DNA of 64,000 nucleotides from Prorocentrum cordatum (Eukaryota), in contig CAUYUJ010000058.1 of assembly GCA_963575745.1 (NCBI GenBank), forward strand, positions 1 to 64,000, in the 5' to 3' direction. Below are positions 21,404 through 32,881 of the stretch, in pieces. The notes under the pieces are model-generated. The model made no database searches. It was not told the DNA's origin and saw only the letters and a program-made list of their open reading frames with translations. Position numbers and translations under genes: made by a program. Position 1 is the first letter of the stretch. Every line of letters starts with the position of its first letter.

Positions 21404-22690
21404 AAGAAACAAGAGAGAGAGAGAGAGCGCCCCGCGTTCCTTCCGTCCCGTTGCCCCCCTTCTCCTCCCATCGTCGTCATCATCATCAACAATATGGCCA
21501 ACATCATCGCCATCGTCATCAGTATCGTCGTCATCGTCATCGCCATCGCCATGATCCTTATCATCATGGCCGTCATCATCACCATCATCATCGTCATCAT
21601 CACCATCACCGCCATACCCCCAGCATCGTCCTCATCATCGCCGTTATCCTCACCATTATCGCCAGCTTCGACACAACCCGCACACGTTTCGTGGCCCCGT
21701 AGGAAGCTCCACCGAAGGCCCCAGTGGCAGGGTTCGCACGCTTCCCCCCGCCCATTCCGGCACGCCCCTCACACGGTTCGTGGCCCCACAGGGAGCTCCG
21801 CCGAAGGCCCCAGTGGCAGGGCTCGCATGCGTCAGCCGCGCCCATGTCGGCACACCCCCACACGCTTCGTGGCCCCATGGGGAAATAAGCGGTTGGGCGC
21901 ATGTGTCGACATCGGCAGGGGGTCGCATGCGAACCCTGCCACTGGGGCTTTCGGCGGAGCCCACTGTGGGGCCACGAACCGTGTGAGGGGCGTGCCGGAA
22001 TGGGCGGGGGGAAGCGTGCGAACCCTGCCACTGGGCCCTTCGGTGGAGCTTCCTACGGGGCCGCGAAGCGGGCGGTGCGTGTCCCCGCCCATTTCGGCAC
22101 GCCCCTTCACGCGGGTCGCGGCCCCATAAGGAGCTCCACCGAATGCACCGATGGCAGCGGTTGCGTGCGTCAACCCCGCCCATGTCGGCACCACCCCTCA
22201 CGCGGTTCCTGGCCCCATAGGAAGCTCCGCCGAAGGCCCCAGTGGCAGGGTTTGCATGCGCCCCCCCCCCCCCCTTTTTCGGCACAACCCGCACACGTTT
22301 CGTGGCCCCATAGGGAGCCCCGCCGAAGGCCCCAGTGGCAGGGGTCGCATGCGTTCCCCCCGCCCATTTCGGCGCAACCCCCACATGCTTCGTGGCCCCA
22401 TTGGTAGCTCCACCGAAAGTCCCAGTGGCAGGGTTCGCATGCGCCCCCCCGCCCATTTCGGCACACCGCTCACGCGCTTCGTGGCGCCGTAGGGAGCTCC
22501 ACCGAAGGCCCCAATGGCAGGCTTCGCGCGCGTCCCCCCGCCCATTTCGGCACGCCCCTCACACGGTTCGTGGCCCCATAGGGGGCCCCGCCGACGGCGC
22601 CAGTGGCAGGGTTCGCATGCGCACTCCCACCCTTCGGTACACCCCTCACACGCATCGTGACCCCGTGGAGAGTTCCGCCGAAGGCCCCTG
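21331..22690 (-). mobile_element. Second capped tandem-array element (cap, (GA)n, (CAT)n, then degenerate ~80-90-bp units)
   Basis: Same cap ccatcctgtggtgttggg(t/c)cctcgtt(c/t)tgaagaga as at 19114, and the same gagctccaccgaaggccccagtgg core. Confidence 0.65.
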
Positions 22691-23687
22691 CTCCTCCTCC
22701 TCATCATCATCCCCTTTCCTCCTCCCTCGAGCTCGACGGGCAATCGATGATCGCAGGTGTTGACCGAAATCGGCTGTGCGCCGACGTTCCACGAATGGCG
22801 CCGTCGCTGGGGCCCTCCTGGTGAGGAGTGCCGAGGTCTGGTTTCGAGGGGAGCACCAGACCTTCCCCTAAGCTCAGCGGAACATTGCCTTACCTTTCCA
22901 TACCATACCTCGTGGCGCCCTCCTGCTGAGGAGGGAGCGCCGAGGTCTAAGTTGGAGCGCACCGGAGATGGGCAGGGCACGTCCCGAGAGCGGCGGGGAC
23001 AGGCGGCGCAGGGGGGGGAGCGGAGGGAACAGGGCCACCAGCACGGAGGGAGGAGGAGCTGGAGGATCGGTGTCGAGGAAAAGGAGGATGGGGGAGGAGG
23101 GAGGAGGAGGGGGAGCAGGAGGAGGAGGAGGAGGCGGCGGAGGAGGAAGAGGAGGAGAAGGAAGCGGAGGAGGAGGAGGAGGAGGAGGAGGAGGAGGAGG
23201 AGGAGGAGGAAGGGGAGGGCGTGGGAGAGGTGGAGAAGTTCGACGATGATTGTGAGTGTGATTGTGATGGATATGGTGATGGTGATGGTGATGCGGCTAC
23301 GGTTGCTGATGATGATGGCGTTGCTGGTGATGATGACGAGGAGGAAGGGGGGAGGAGCAGAAAGGTGAAGAGTGGCGGGGCGAGGGTAAGAAAAACGAGA
23401 TGAGGAGGATGATGTTGTAGAGGAAGCACCAGAGCATAATAACGGAGGAGGATCAGCAAACGGAATAAGACTGAGGAAGATGAGGCTACGGTGGGCGAGG
23501 AGGAGTACAGGTGGGAAGGGAGGGGTGGTGAAGTAGGAACGGATTGTTGATGACGGACCTCTTCGTCCTCGTCCTCGTCCTCGTTGCCTTTCTCCTTCTT
23601 CTTATTCTCTTCATCTGTTCTTTATTTGTCCTCTATCCGCTCCTCGACGTTCCTCCTTCTTGCGAGGGTAGGCTCTCCCCGTTCCAG

Positions 23688-23744
23688 GCCGACTCCAGCG
23701 ACAGCGGCCCGGCACCAGCCCTGAACGACTCCGTCAGCGACGAG
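23688..23744 (+). CDS. Candidate host-gene micro-exon (ADSSDSGPAPALNDSVSDE in phase 0)
   Basis: ttccag|G acceptor, GAG|gc donor, 57 bp. Confidence 0.35.
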
Positions 23745-24780
23745 GCTCCGTTGCAGCCTCTTCTCCTCGTCCTGTCCGTTTCCTCTTCCCGCCTTGTTCC
23801 TCCTCCTTCCCCACCCTTAACACTCACGCCCTCCTGTACTCCCCTTGCTCCCGATAATCTAACATCCCCCCCTCCCCATCAACCTCATGATTATCGCTGG
23901 CCAAGGCGGTTTGGGTCGGCGATAGGGAGCGGCGGCTCCGAACTGCCTATACCACCAGGGAAAGTACCAATCGTAGATTCAACCTTCCTGCCACAAGCAG
24001 CTGTAGCGTCATCACCATCAGCAGCATCATCAGTATCCGCCCCCATCCATTAAACTTGCGCCCTCATGTGGTGATTACCGTTCGTGGGTCGGGGAAGCGT
24101 ACGACTCCAGTACGCCAGAACTCGGGTTTGCCGACGCTTCTTGACGAGCGAGTCCTGGATTTTGACGGCCCAGTTTTCGTGGGATGTTTGCAACAGGAGT
24201 TCGCGTCACGTTTCAGACGGTCTCGTCATTTTCATGAAGGCCCCGTCAGGCCAACCCGAGTCCCCCGAACCCGAGTCTTCATCGGGGGCAACGATGAGGG
24301 GGGATAATAATAGGGGGGATGCATCGAACCCCCATCGCCCATTGATCGCCGATCGGGGCCCGATAGGCCCAGCCTGCACCGGAAGGTGCGGATTCGCTCC
24401 CGGAGGCCTGTCGCCGATCTGTCGGCGATGTGTATCGCCCCTTCGAGGTCGAGGGGTCCCCCCCCTATGCCCCCCTATGACTGCCCGTCACTTACACCCT
24501 GGGCGATGCTTAAGAAAACTTGCGTTTTCGGCCAGAGTCTCGATGATTCTTAATGTTTCAATGTGAATCCTAAGATTTCAATCGGAATTCTGAGTTTTTA
24601 TTTGAATTCTGAGACTATGAATTTCTTAACCCATGATTTCTTAACCATTTCGCAGGGTGTACGTCGCCCCGATGGGATCTCGTCCTCCGCGTCCTCGCCT
24701 CGTCTCCTCCTCGAGCGGGTCCCGATCCCGCCAGCCTGCCGTCTCCTCCTTGTTCGGCACCCCGGGGCCGCCCGACCCCG

Positions 24781-25108
24781 CCCGCGTTTTGTTCGGTGTG
24801 GGGCCGTCGCCGAAACCGTCCCGAACCGTCTTGTCCCTTCGGCGCCAGGCGAGGGAAACTCCACCCGTCGTATTGGCCTTTACATAAGGGGAACGAGCAC
24901 TGGCATAAACATAAAAACTCGGAGGTCATGTCTAGTCGGTGGCGGCCCGCGTTGTTCGGTGTTGGGCCATCGCCGAGACCGTCCCAAACCGTCTTGTCCC
25001 TTCGGCGCCAGGCGAGAGAAACTCATCCCATCGTCTTGGCCCTTACATAAGGGGAGCGAACACTGGCATGAACATAAAAACTCGGAGGTCATGTCCAGTC
25101 GGTGGCGG
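24781..25108. repeat. ~164-bp tandem duplication
   Basis: 24781-24945 aligns with 24946-25108 (…accgtcttgtcccttcggcgccaggcgag…aacataaaaactcggaggtcatgtc…). Confidence 0.9.
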
Positions 25109-28100
25109 AGCAGGCTCAGATATTCGCCGTGCGCATGGCTGCTTGCACCGCCCGTGCCGCACGCCGTGCCAGACGTGTTGACGTCCCGTGGGTGACGCCT
25201 CCCAGGGAAAGCGCACTAGGTCAAGGGGGGAGGCTCGGGGGGCGCGGTCCCCCGTCCCGACGCGCTCTGGTTCGGAGGATGTTGTGGGGCAGCGGCGCCA
25301 TCCTGGCCCCGCTTGCGTGCACTGACGCAAACAACAACGGAGGCGGCCTGCGTAGACGTGCGATCTCTGCGCCAGTGTGACCCGAGCACAGCCGAGTTCG
25401 ATTTCGACACTGGGTCCGAGAAGTTCTGCTGTGGTTAGTGGCGAGTTTCGACATCGAAGAGATCCGACAGTAAACATTCGTATCGTTGCGGTTTACTGGG
25501 GTCACCCGCGAATGCGTCGACCCATGGCTTTCGCAAGTGTTGGTGCAGGCGGCCTGATCAAGTGCGCGATGGTCGGATTTATGAGTGAGTGTGGTGTGCT
25601 CAGATCGGCGTGGGAGAAAGGGCATAGGGAGTATCTCATTCTCTGATGACTTTCTCACCCCAAGGCAACGCACGCATGCTTCGGAACCGCGCGCATCAGT
25701 TATGTAAGTTAACGGTCGGCGTCGAAGGTGTCGGCGACCTGCAATTGCGCGCGCCCGGCGTCGCCGACAGCCAGTTGGCGACGCTCATGGCACTGCAGCG
25801 CGAACTTCCCCACGAACGCCCGACAACTCACCCGCATGAGCTAATGACTGCCCTGACTTCGACATGTGTTGGAGGGGCCGCCAGGTGACCTCGCCTCTGC
25901 GATCTGGCGGTCCGCCGTGCCCAGGTGCGCCCGCGCGCCTCTGGTGACCAAAGCTGGGGCAGGGCTGGACCAAAACGGTTTTTTGTGTTTCCGTGGGCCG
26001 CATTCGCTTCGACTTCGTTTTGCAGCAAAAGCGGATCGGAGACAAAAGCGAAGGAAAACGAACACAAAACGACCGCGAACAACACTGTTTAGCTTCAGCC
26101 CTGAGCTGGGGTGGCCAAGGGCCTCGTTTTTGGCGCCGGGCCCCAGTGGGTCGAGCGCCAGGGGCTCGGCCCCCGTGCTCGGCGCGCAGGCGTGCCTGCC
26201 CGGTCGCTGGAGCCGATGCGAGCGCCGACTTCAACGCCGCCGGTTCCGTCGGCGACGGCGGGCGCGCCGTGGGCGACGCGCAGTGGGCGCGTGGGCCCGG
26301 CCTCTCGGCGAAGTTCTGCGGGGCTGGCGAGCGCCGCGCGGCCCGGCGACGGGGGGCGCGGGGCGCGTGCGAACGAGCCAGCGCGCGCAGCCCGCAGGGT
26401 TCCTCGAGGAGAAAGCATGGGGAAGGGCAAGCACGCGCGGGCCTTCCTCGCCCGCGCGGTCGAGCGCCGCGCCGGGGGCGCCTTCGTGGGGCCGGGCAGC
26501 GGCAGCGGCCGCAGCGAGGTCGAGCTCGGGGGCGCAGGTGATCGCGCAGTTCGGCCGCGACGGCAGTCTCGCAGGGCGCGACGGCTGGCGCCGGCGGCGT
26601 CGCGAGCGCGCGCGACTCCCCGATTGCCCGCGGCGTCGAGGACAGCGGCGGGGCCTCGGGCCCTTCTTAGGCGACTTCGGAATGCGCGATCCACCGCTGC
26701 TGCCAGCGCCGCCCCTCGGCCGTCGGACCTGCGTGGCCGACCAGACGTTCCGGCGCATGTAGTTCCGCCGCCTGCCGCAGATCTTGGACTGGCACGTTCG
26801 ACCAGCCGCCGCCTGCAGTTTCCATTGTTTCGGAGCAGCTGCGTCCCGGGCCGAACGCTGCCAGCGGCGAAGCCGAGGCGCTGTTTGCATCTCGCGGCCG
26901 GGGCGCCGCGGGCCCAGCGCGGGCGGGGCTCTCCGGCGCGCGGGCAGTTCCGCGGTTCGCTGGGCGTCTCCGCGCGCCTGCGCGACGCGCACGCATGTTT
27001 TCGAGTCGCGCGTGTCGCGCGTTCTCTTGTCATGGAGAGCGTTCGGCCCCCGCCGCGTGCGTCTGCCCTGCAAATTTCTGCTCGCGCGACGTTTCTCGCC
27101 GAGCGAGCTTCTGTCGGCGCGGACATGCTCGCGCCCGCCCCGCGCCGGCGCTGCAACGTCAGCAGTGCACTTGCGGTCGTTGCCGGCGAAGTTCGCCCCT
27201 GCTGCGCTGAGAACGCGCGTCGCGAGATCCGCGACAAGCTCGGCCAGCCATCCATTGAGCGCGTGGCATCCTGTGCGAGGTCGCGATGAAGTCGCTTCGC
27301 GGCTTTGCGACGCCCGCGCGCGCTCGCAGCCGTCTACCGCGCGCGACCGTGGGGGGTGCGTCTGAGATGAGTTATCCCAAGTGCTCGCGACTGCGAGTTT
27401 TTCGCCGCCGCCTCTGCCGGGCTGCCCCCCACCCTCTAGACCCCAGCGCGAGGCGCGCGTTCCTCGAAGAAGGGCCCCTGGAAGGCGACGGTAGATCGCG
27501 CTCGTTGAGCGGCGTCTGTCTGCGACCCCGTCGCGGTGGCAGCTTGGCCCTCGCCGGGGCGGTGCCGGCCTTGATTGCAGACGGGGCCTCCTCTTTTGGC
27601 CGCCGGGCAGGCCGGGGGGGCATCTGGGGCGCGTCCGCGTGATCTCATGTCTCCGGCAGTCGGTGGCCAAAGTGATGAGCATAGCGCACTGGGCGCTGCC
27701 CCGCGCCGCGCGAGCCGCTGCGTCGGGGGTGCCCGCGAGCGCCGCGGACGGTCATCTCGCCGCCGTGGCAGGGCAGATCAGCTTTTTGATTTTTTTTGGC
27801 CCCAGTTTTCGCGCGGCAAAATTGGCGCGCGCCCGGCGTCCAGGGGGCGCGCTGGGGGCGACCAGAACGGCGCCTGAAGGGGCGCTCGGGGGCGCGCCCA
27901 GGCGGGCCCAGACGAGCGCCGAGGACGGCGCCCAGGAGAGCGCCATCAAGACTGCCCGGAGTATCGCCCAGACGCGAGCTCAGGAGAGCGCCCGAAAAAA
28001 CGCTTGGAGATGCGCCCAGAAGCGACCGAATTCGCGAAAGATTTTCGTTTCGTTTCAGGACAAACAATCGGGCGCAAAATCGGACGTGCATCGCGCCCCA

Positions 28101-29139
28101 ATCGGGCGCAAAATAGGGCGCAACATCGGGCGCAAGTGGCGTCGAAGTTTTCTGCGCGAGTGAGGGGCCGCGTCGCGGCGCACCATTGCGAGGTCTGGTC
28201 GGGCGAAGCTCTGGACTTCGTGCGCGCCATTCAGCCTTGGAGTTCAGCGTCGTGTCGGATGACAAGTGGCGATCCCAGGTTGTGTCGAAGTCGGACCCAG
28301 TCGATCAAAGAATCGGGCCCCCGCTTCTGCGGTCGTTTTTGCAGGTGACAGATGGGCGCAGGCAGCAGGTTGGATGCGTCCACCATGTCGCCCGCGCGCC
28401 CGGCACTCCTGCGGGCTGGGTGCCATCTGCCCCGAGGCCGTGTTCAGTGGCAGTCTTACAGGAGTTGCTGCTTTACGACTACATGTCCGGTTTATCCCGT
28501 TACAGCTCGCACGGCGCACGCGGTCGCCCGATGTTTTGCCCCGGCATTTTCGTGGGCCCACCACTCCTTCATTGTCAGCAGGAGCGAAAATTCGACCCCC
28601 GCCCCCATGCGTGCCCCTGGGGGTGTTTGGCCTCGACTGGGTTCGGCAATTGCGATCGCGTTGCAGCGTCGGAGACGCCGTCGTTCGACGCCCGAGCCAA
28701 AACGAAATCGGGGGAGGAGGAGGGCGGGGGAGGGTGAGTGGAGCGGAGGATGGTGGAGGGAATGAAGGGCGGAGGAGGGGGGCGGAGGGTGATGGGGGAG
28801 GTGCCCTCGCGATTTCCCTCATGCCGACCCCCCCCGCCCACTCCCCCTGCCGCGTCTTGGCAGTTCGATCGCGGGGGGCCCGGCGGCCGCAGGCCAGCGC
28901 GTGATTTCGTTTCTCTGCGGCCCACTTGGGCCTGATCGAGCGATGGCCAACATTGTGCTTCTAGAGACGTGGTGCAGCGCGCGACGCGATGGGGGGTCAA
29001 ACGCGCGCGCCCCCCCCCCCCCGCCCCACCCCCGGCGCGCGCCGCGCGCGCTATCGCGCGCTGGCCGCGTCGAGGCCCAACGAAGAACGTCGGAGGCGTC
29101 GATTATCAGGCCCGGACAGTCGGCCAAACAATAACATAT

Positions 29140-29160
29140 GCGTCGCCATTTTGACTCAAT
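29140..29160 (+). other. Dinoflagellate spliced-leader relic
   Basis: gcgtcgccattttgactcaat matches CCGTAGCCATTTTGGCTCAAG at 17 of 21 positions, without gaps. Confidence 0.75.
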
Positions 29161-29260
29161 CTTTTCTCGGCGAAGCAGTTCTGCCCGGGCGCCGCGCGCG
29201 CTGGCCGGCGACGACTCGACGTGGACGGGCCATCCAGGCCCGCGTTCGCAGAGGGAGGCC

Positions 29261-30403
29261 ACGACTGCTGCAGCGTCTCAGTCCTGGAATTGCGACCCCA
29301 CGCCGAAGAAGCCAGCGAAGGATGGATTACGCGAGCTGTCTCAGCTAGCGCCGGCGCGCTACTTGACGAAGGGCGCGACCGACAACAATGGGAGGGTCAG
29401 GAACGAGTCTGCCATCAAACGAGTCAACAATAACCCCATGGTGGACATGGGGGATCATCGTGGCGAACATCGCTTGCGACGCGGAGCAGACCCCAGATCG
29501 CGAGAGCTCGCCCCCTGGCGCGAAGCCCCGAGCTGAGATCACATCTGCCAGCTTCAGCAAAGTGGACGACGACATGTACGCCACAGTCTACGCGACCCTC
29601 AAAATCGGCATCGCTGAGGACGACGTGGACAACGTCGACGATCATGGCCCCCGGGCTGTCAAAAAAAGTGGAACAGCAGTTCCAGCTCGACCCGAAGGAT
29701 CACATGCCTGACGAGGCTTGCTTCGTCCCCGCCCTCATGGAGGCGTTGCGGCTGCGCTGCGTTCAGGTCGGCCGCCGCGCAGACAGTTGGAAGCCAGGCG
29801 ACGTCGACGAGGATGGCAGCACCGATGGCGGCCCAATTGTTTGTTCTGTCCAGTGTGGAAGGACGGGGTCGTCATCAAAATCGTTTACTTCACTAGCCCG
29901 ACCGCTGATGTGCCCAGGAAGGGCGCGATCCACCGTCGCTTCAGGATGGTGGGCCCCGGCGGTGACAAGATCTGTCATTTCAAGCGCGGTAATTCTTTCC
30001 GACGACTTCGCAGATGGCGAGGGCCCCGACGAGTTCTGAGATGTTCCGCCAGCTGGCTATCCAAGAGATCATCGCATCCAGGCGGCAGCTGCGGCGCGCT
30101 CGGGCCTCGTCGAGGCCGACCGCGGTTGCGCTCGATAAGAGGGCCAACAGGATCCCCCACGCCGCCTTGACCAGGGCGCGCTTGGACGCAGCATCCAGGC
30201 CGGGGTTTCGGGCCAAGACGACGCGGGCGTTTTCGCCGCAGCCTGCGCTGATGGACCGCCCGCCCGCCGAGTCGACCTCCTCCAGCGGCGCCGTGGCGAG
30301 CGTCGCTGCAATCGGCCCTGCGCGCGAAAAGAAGGGCGCTGACTCTCCGCTGAAGCGGCCGGCGAAGCGCCAGCGCCGCGAGGTGGTGGCTGATGCAGAC
30401 TAG
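29261..30403 (+). pseudogene. Intronless, frameshifted gene of unknown function (probable retrocopy)
   Basis: Protein-like segments alternate between ORFs 29138, 29388, 29644, 29718 and 30014. It ends ...DSPLKRPAKRQRREVVADAD* and lies 100 nt after the SL relic. Confidence 0.6.
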
Positions 30404-30564
30404 CGAATTGTTTTTTTCTGCCATCGCATGGCGCCTCTGCTTCTGGGCGCACGGGGTCTGCTTGGCACGGCGTGCCAGGCCAACCGGGTTCCCCCCCCTG
30501 AGGTTCCCTTGCGGAAAAAACACTATGCGGTGACCTTTCTTGTTCCGACATAACACTTGTTCAC

Positions 30565-31033
30565 GAATCCCTTGCAACAAATGAGCCGAAGTGGACACGC
30601 GCGCGTCGTCGCGCGCGCAATCCTTCAAAAATCTTCGGTGTCGGAAGGATTTCGCAAACGAGTTTCCCAAACACATGCAACAACACATGGTTTTGCAACA
30701 CTGATGTGCTAAAAAAGCTTACGCGCGAGCTCTTGCGACATCTTAAGAGAACCGTTGTTTTTTCCAAGAATTACACAACATGCTACCAAACGGGCTTCGA
30801 GCGCGCGCACGTCGAAATCTGTCGAACGCCCTTGCGCGTGTGCCGTCGCGAGAATCCTCTGCAACAAATGGGACGAAGTGCAGACGCGCGCGTCGTCGCG
30901 CGCGTATGCCGAAATCCTTCAAAACCCATCGGTTTCGGAAGGATTTCGAAATCGTGTGCCAAAACAACCTACAAGAACACAAGGTTTCGCAACACGGATT
31001 TTCAACAAAAGCGTGCGCGCGCGCTTTTGCGTC
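30565..31033. repeat. ~287-bp diverged tandem unit rich in hairpins
   Basis: 30565-30742 aligns with 30852-31033. Confidence 0.75.
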
Positions 31034-31775
31034 GTCGTCGTCGTCGTCGCCGTCCTCCCTTCTCCCGCGTCGTCGTCGTCGTCGCCTACGTCGTCCTCTG
31101 TCTTTCCTCGTGTTCGTCGTCGTCGTCCTCTTTGGCGTCGTGGTCGTTTCCGTCGTCGTTGTCGCCGTGGTCGTCCTTCCTCCTCCTCCCTCGTCGTCGT
31201 CGTCGTCCGTCGTCGGCGTCTCGTCGTCGTCCCTCTTATTACGTCGTCGTCGTCGTTGTCGTCGTCGTCGTCTTCCCTCCTCCCTCGTCGTTGTCGTCGT
31301 CGGCGTCGCCGTCCTTCCTCCTTTTTCGTCGTTCGCGTCGTCGCCGTCCTCTCCTCGTCGTTGTCGCCGTCGTCGTCGTTGTCGCCGTCGTCGTCCTTCC
31401 TCCTCCCACGTCGTCGTCTTCGTTGGCGACGTCGTCGTCGTCTTCGTCGTCGTCGGCGTCGGCGTCGTCGTCGTCCTCGTCGTCGTCGACGTCGGAGTCG
31501 TCGTCGTCGCTGCCGTCGTCGTCGTCGTCGTCGTCGGCGTCGGGTCGTCGTCGTCGTCGGTGCCGTTGTCGTCGTCGTCGGCGTTGTCATCGTCGTCGTC
31601 ATTGTCATCGTCGTCGTCGTCGTCGGCGTTGGCGTCCTCGTCGTCGTCGGTGTCGTCGTCGTCTTCATCGTCGCCGTCGCCGTTGTCGGCGTCGTCGAAG
31701 TCGTTGGAGACGTCGTCGATGTCGGCGTATTGGCGGCGTTGTCGTCGTCGTTGTCGCTGTCGTCGTCGGCGTTGC
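31030..31775. repeat. Degenerate (GTC)n microsatellite
   Basis: Direct reading. Confidence 0.95.
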
Positions 31776-32379
31776 TGCCGTTGCCAAGTGCCACTTGGTA
31801 CCCACCGTCGCGGTCTTAAGAGATTTTGCAAACCAAGTTGCGGGTGGGTGGGTGGGATGTTTGCGCGAGCAGTGGAGTGGACAACTCACTGCGAACAGAA
31901 ATTAGTTGCACCACATAGCTTACACCACATAGCTTAAACCACATGGTTTACGCATCCACTGTGTAACAACTTACTGTTTGGGAGTTACGCTGGCTGACAT
32001 GCTGTTCTTGCTATATGTATTCATATATATATATGTATATATATGTGTGTGTGTTCCTCTACCACTCCCCTGCCATCTTTTATGCCCTGCCTGTCTCTCC
32101 CTCTCCCTCTCTCTTTCCACCCTGTCTTGTTGTCCTCCTTCCCTCCCCCCCTCTGGTTCTTTCCTGCCGTCTCTCTCTCACTCTCCCGCCCTCTCTCCTG
32201 TCATCACTGCTGCCTGCCTGCGTTCCCTCTCTTCTCTTCCGCGCGAGCGCTGCTCCCCCCCCCCAGATCGTGGCGCTCGCTGCCCGGCCCCCCGACCTTG
32301 GGCAATGCCAGCGATCGTCTTGGGCGGCGCGGCCTGGACCCCCCCTCGCATGGCTAGGGGGGGGGGGGGACCCCCCGCG

Positions 32380-32840
32380 GGCATGGCGCTGTGCTCGCGG
32401 GCGCGGCGTGGTGCTGAAGGGCACGCTTTGGTCCGATGCCCGAAAACCATCACGTCACTCATTTTGGGCCCCAGGGCCCACTGAGGCCCCAGGGGCCCCA
32501 GATCAGTGAAGTGATGTTTTTCCCGCGTAAGGACCCCGGAATTCATCACATCACTAAGCCGAACCCAAGACGAAAGTCAGGGGCCGACTTGCTGCTGTGA
32601 CGCAACATAGGTCCTGTATTTGGTGTTCATAAGCGTGTTGTGGCGCTCGCAGGCTCCCCACCTGTTGCGGCGCCGAGCTCACAGGCACAGCGTGGTACTG
32701 ACATGCATGCGTTGGTGATCATAAAAGTACTGTGGCGTTCGCAGGCTCCCCGCCTGTAGCGGCGCCGAGCTCGCAGGCATGGCGTGGTGCTGAAAGGCAC
32801 GTTTCGGTGCTTACACGCATGTTGTGGCGCTTGCAGGCTT
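32380..32840 (-). repeat. ~90-bp repeats in the probable LINE 3' UTR
   Basis: tgtggcg(c/t)tcgcaggctcccc.cctgt.gcggcgccgagctc.caggca..gcgtggt.ctga repeated near 32638 and 32731, with partial copies at 32382 and 32823. Confidence 0.7.
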
Positions 32841-32881
32841 TTATTGCGTGTGGTCTCCAGGACAGTCCAAGAACACAAGCC

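Noticed and set aside
25785..28265. Long Arg/Ala/Gly-rich ORFs and a possible hAT motif (WDNSS...GCHALN, 27240-27400, minus strand)
   Set aside because: Very high GC explains the open frames, and no further transposase motifs or termini were found. A decayed gene cannot be excluded.
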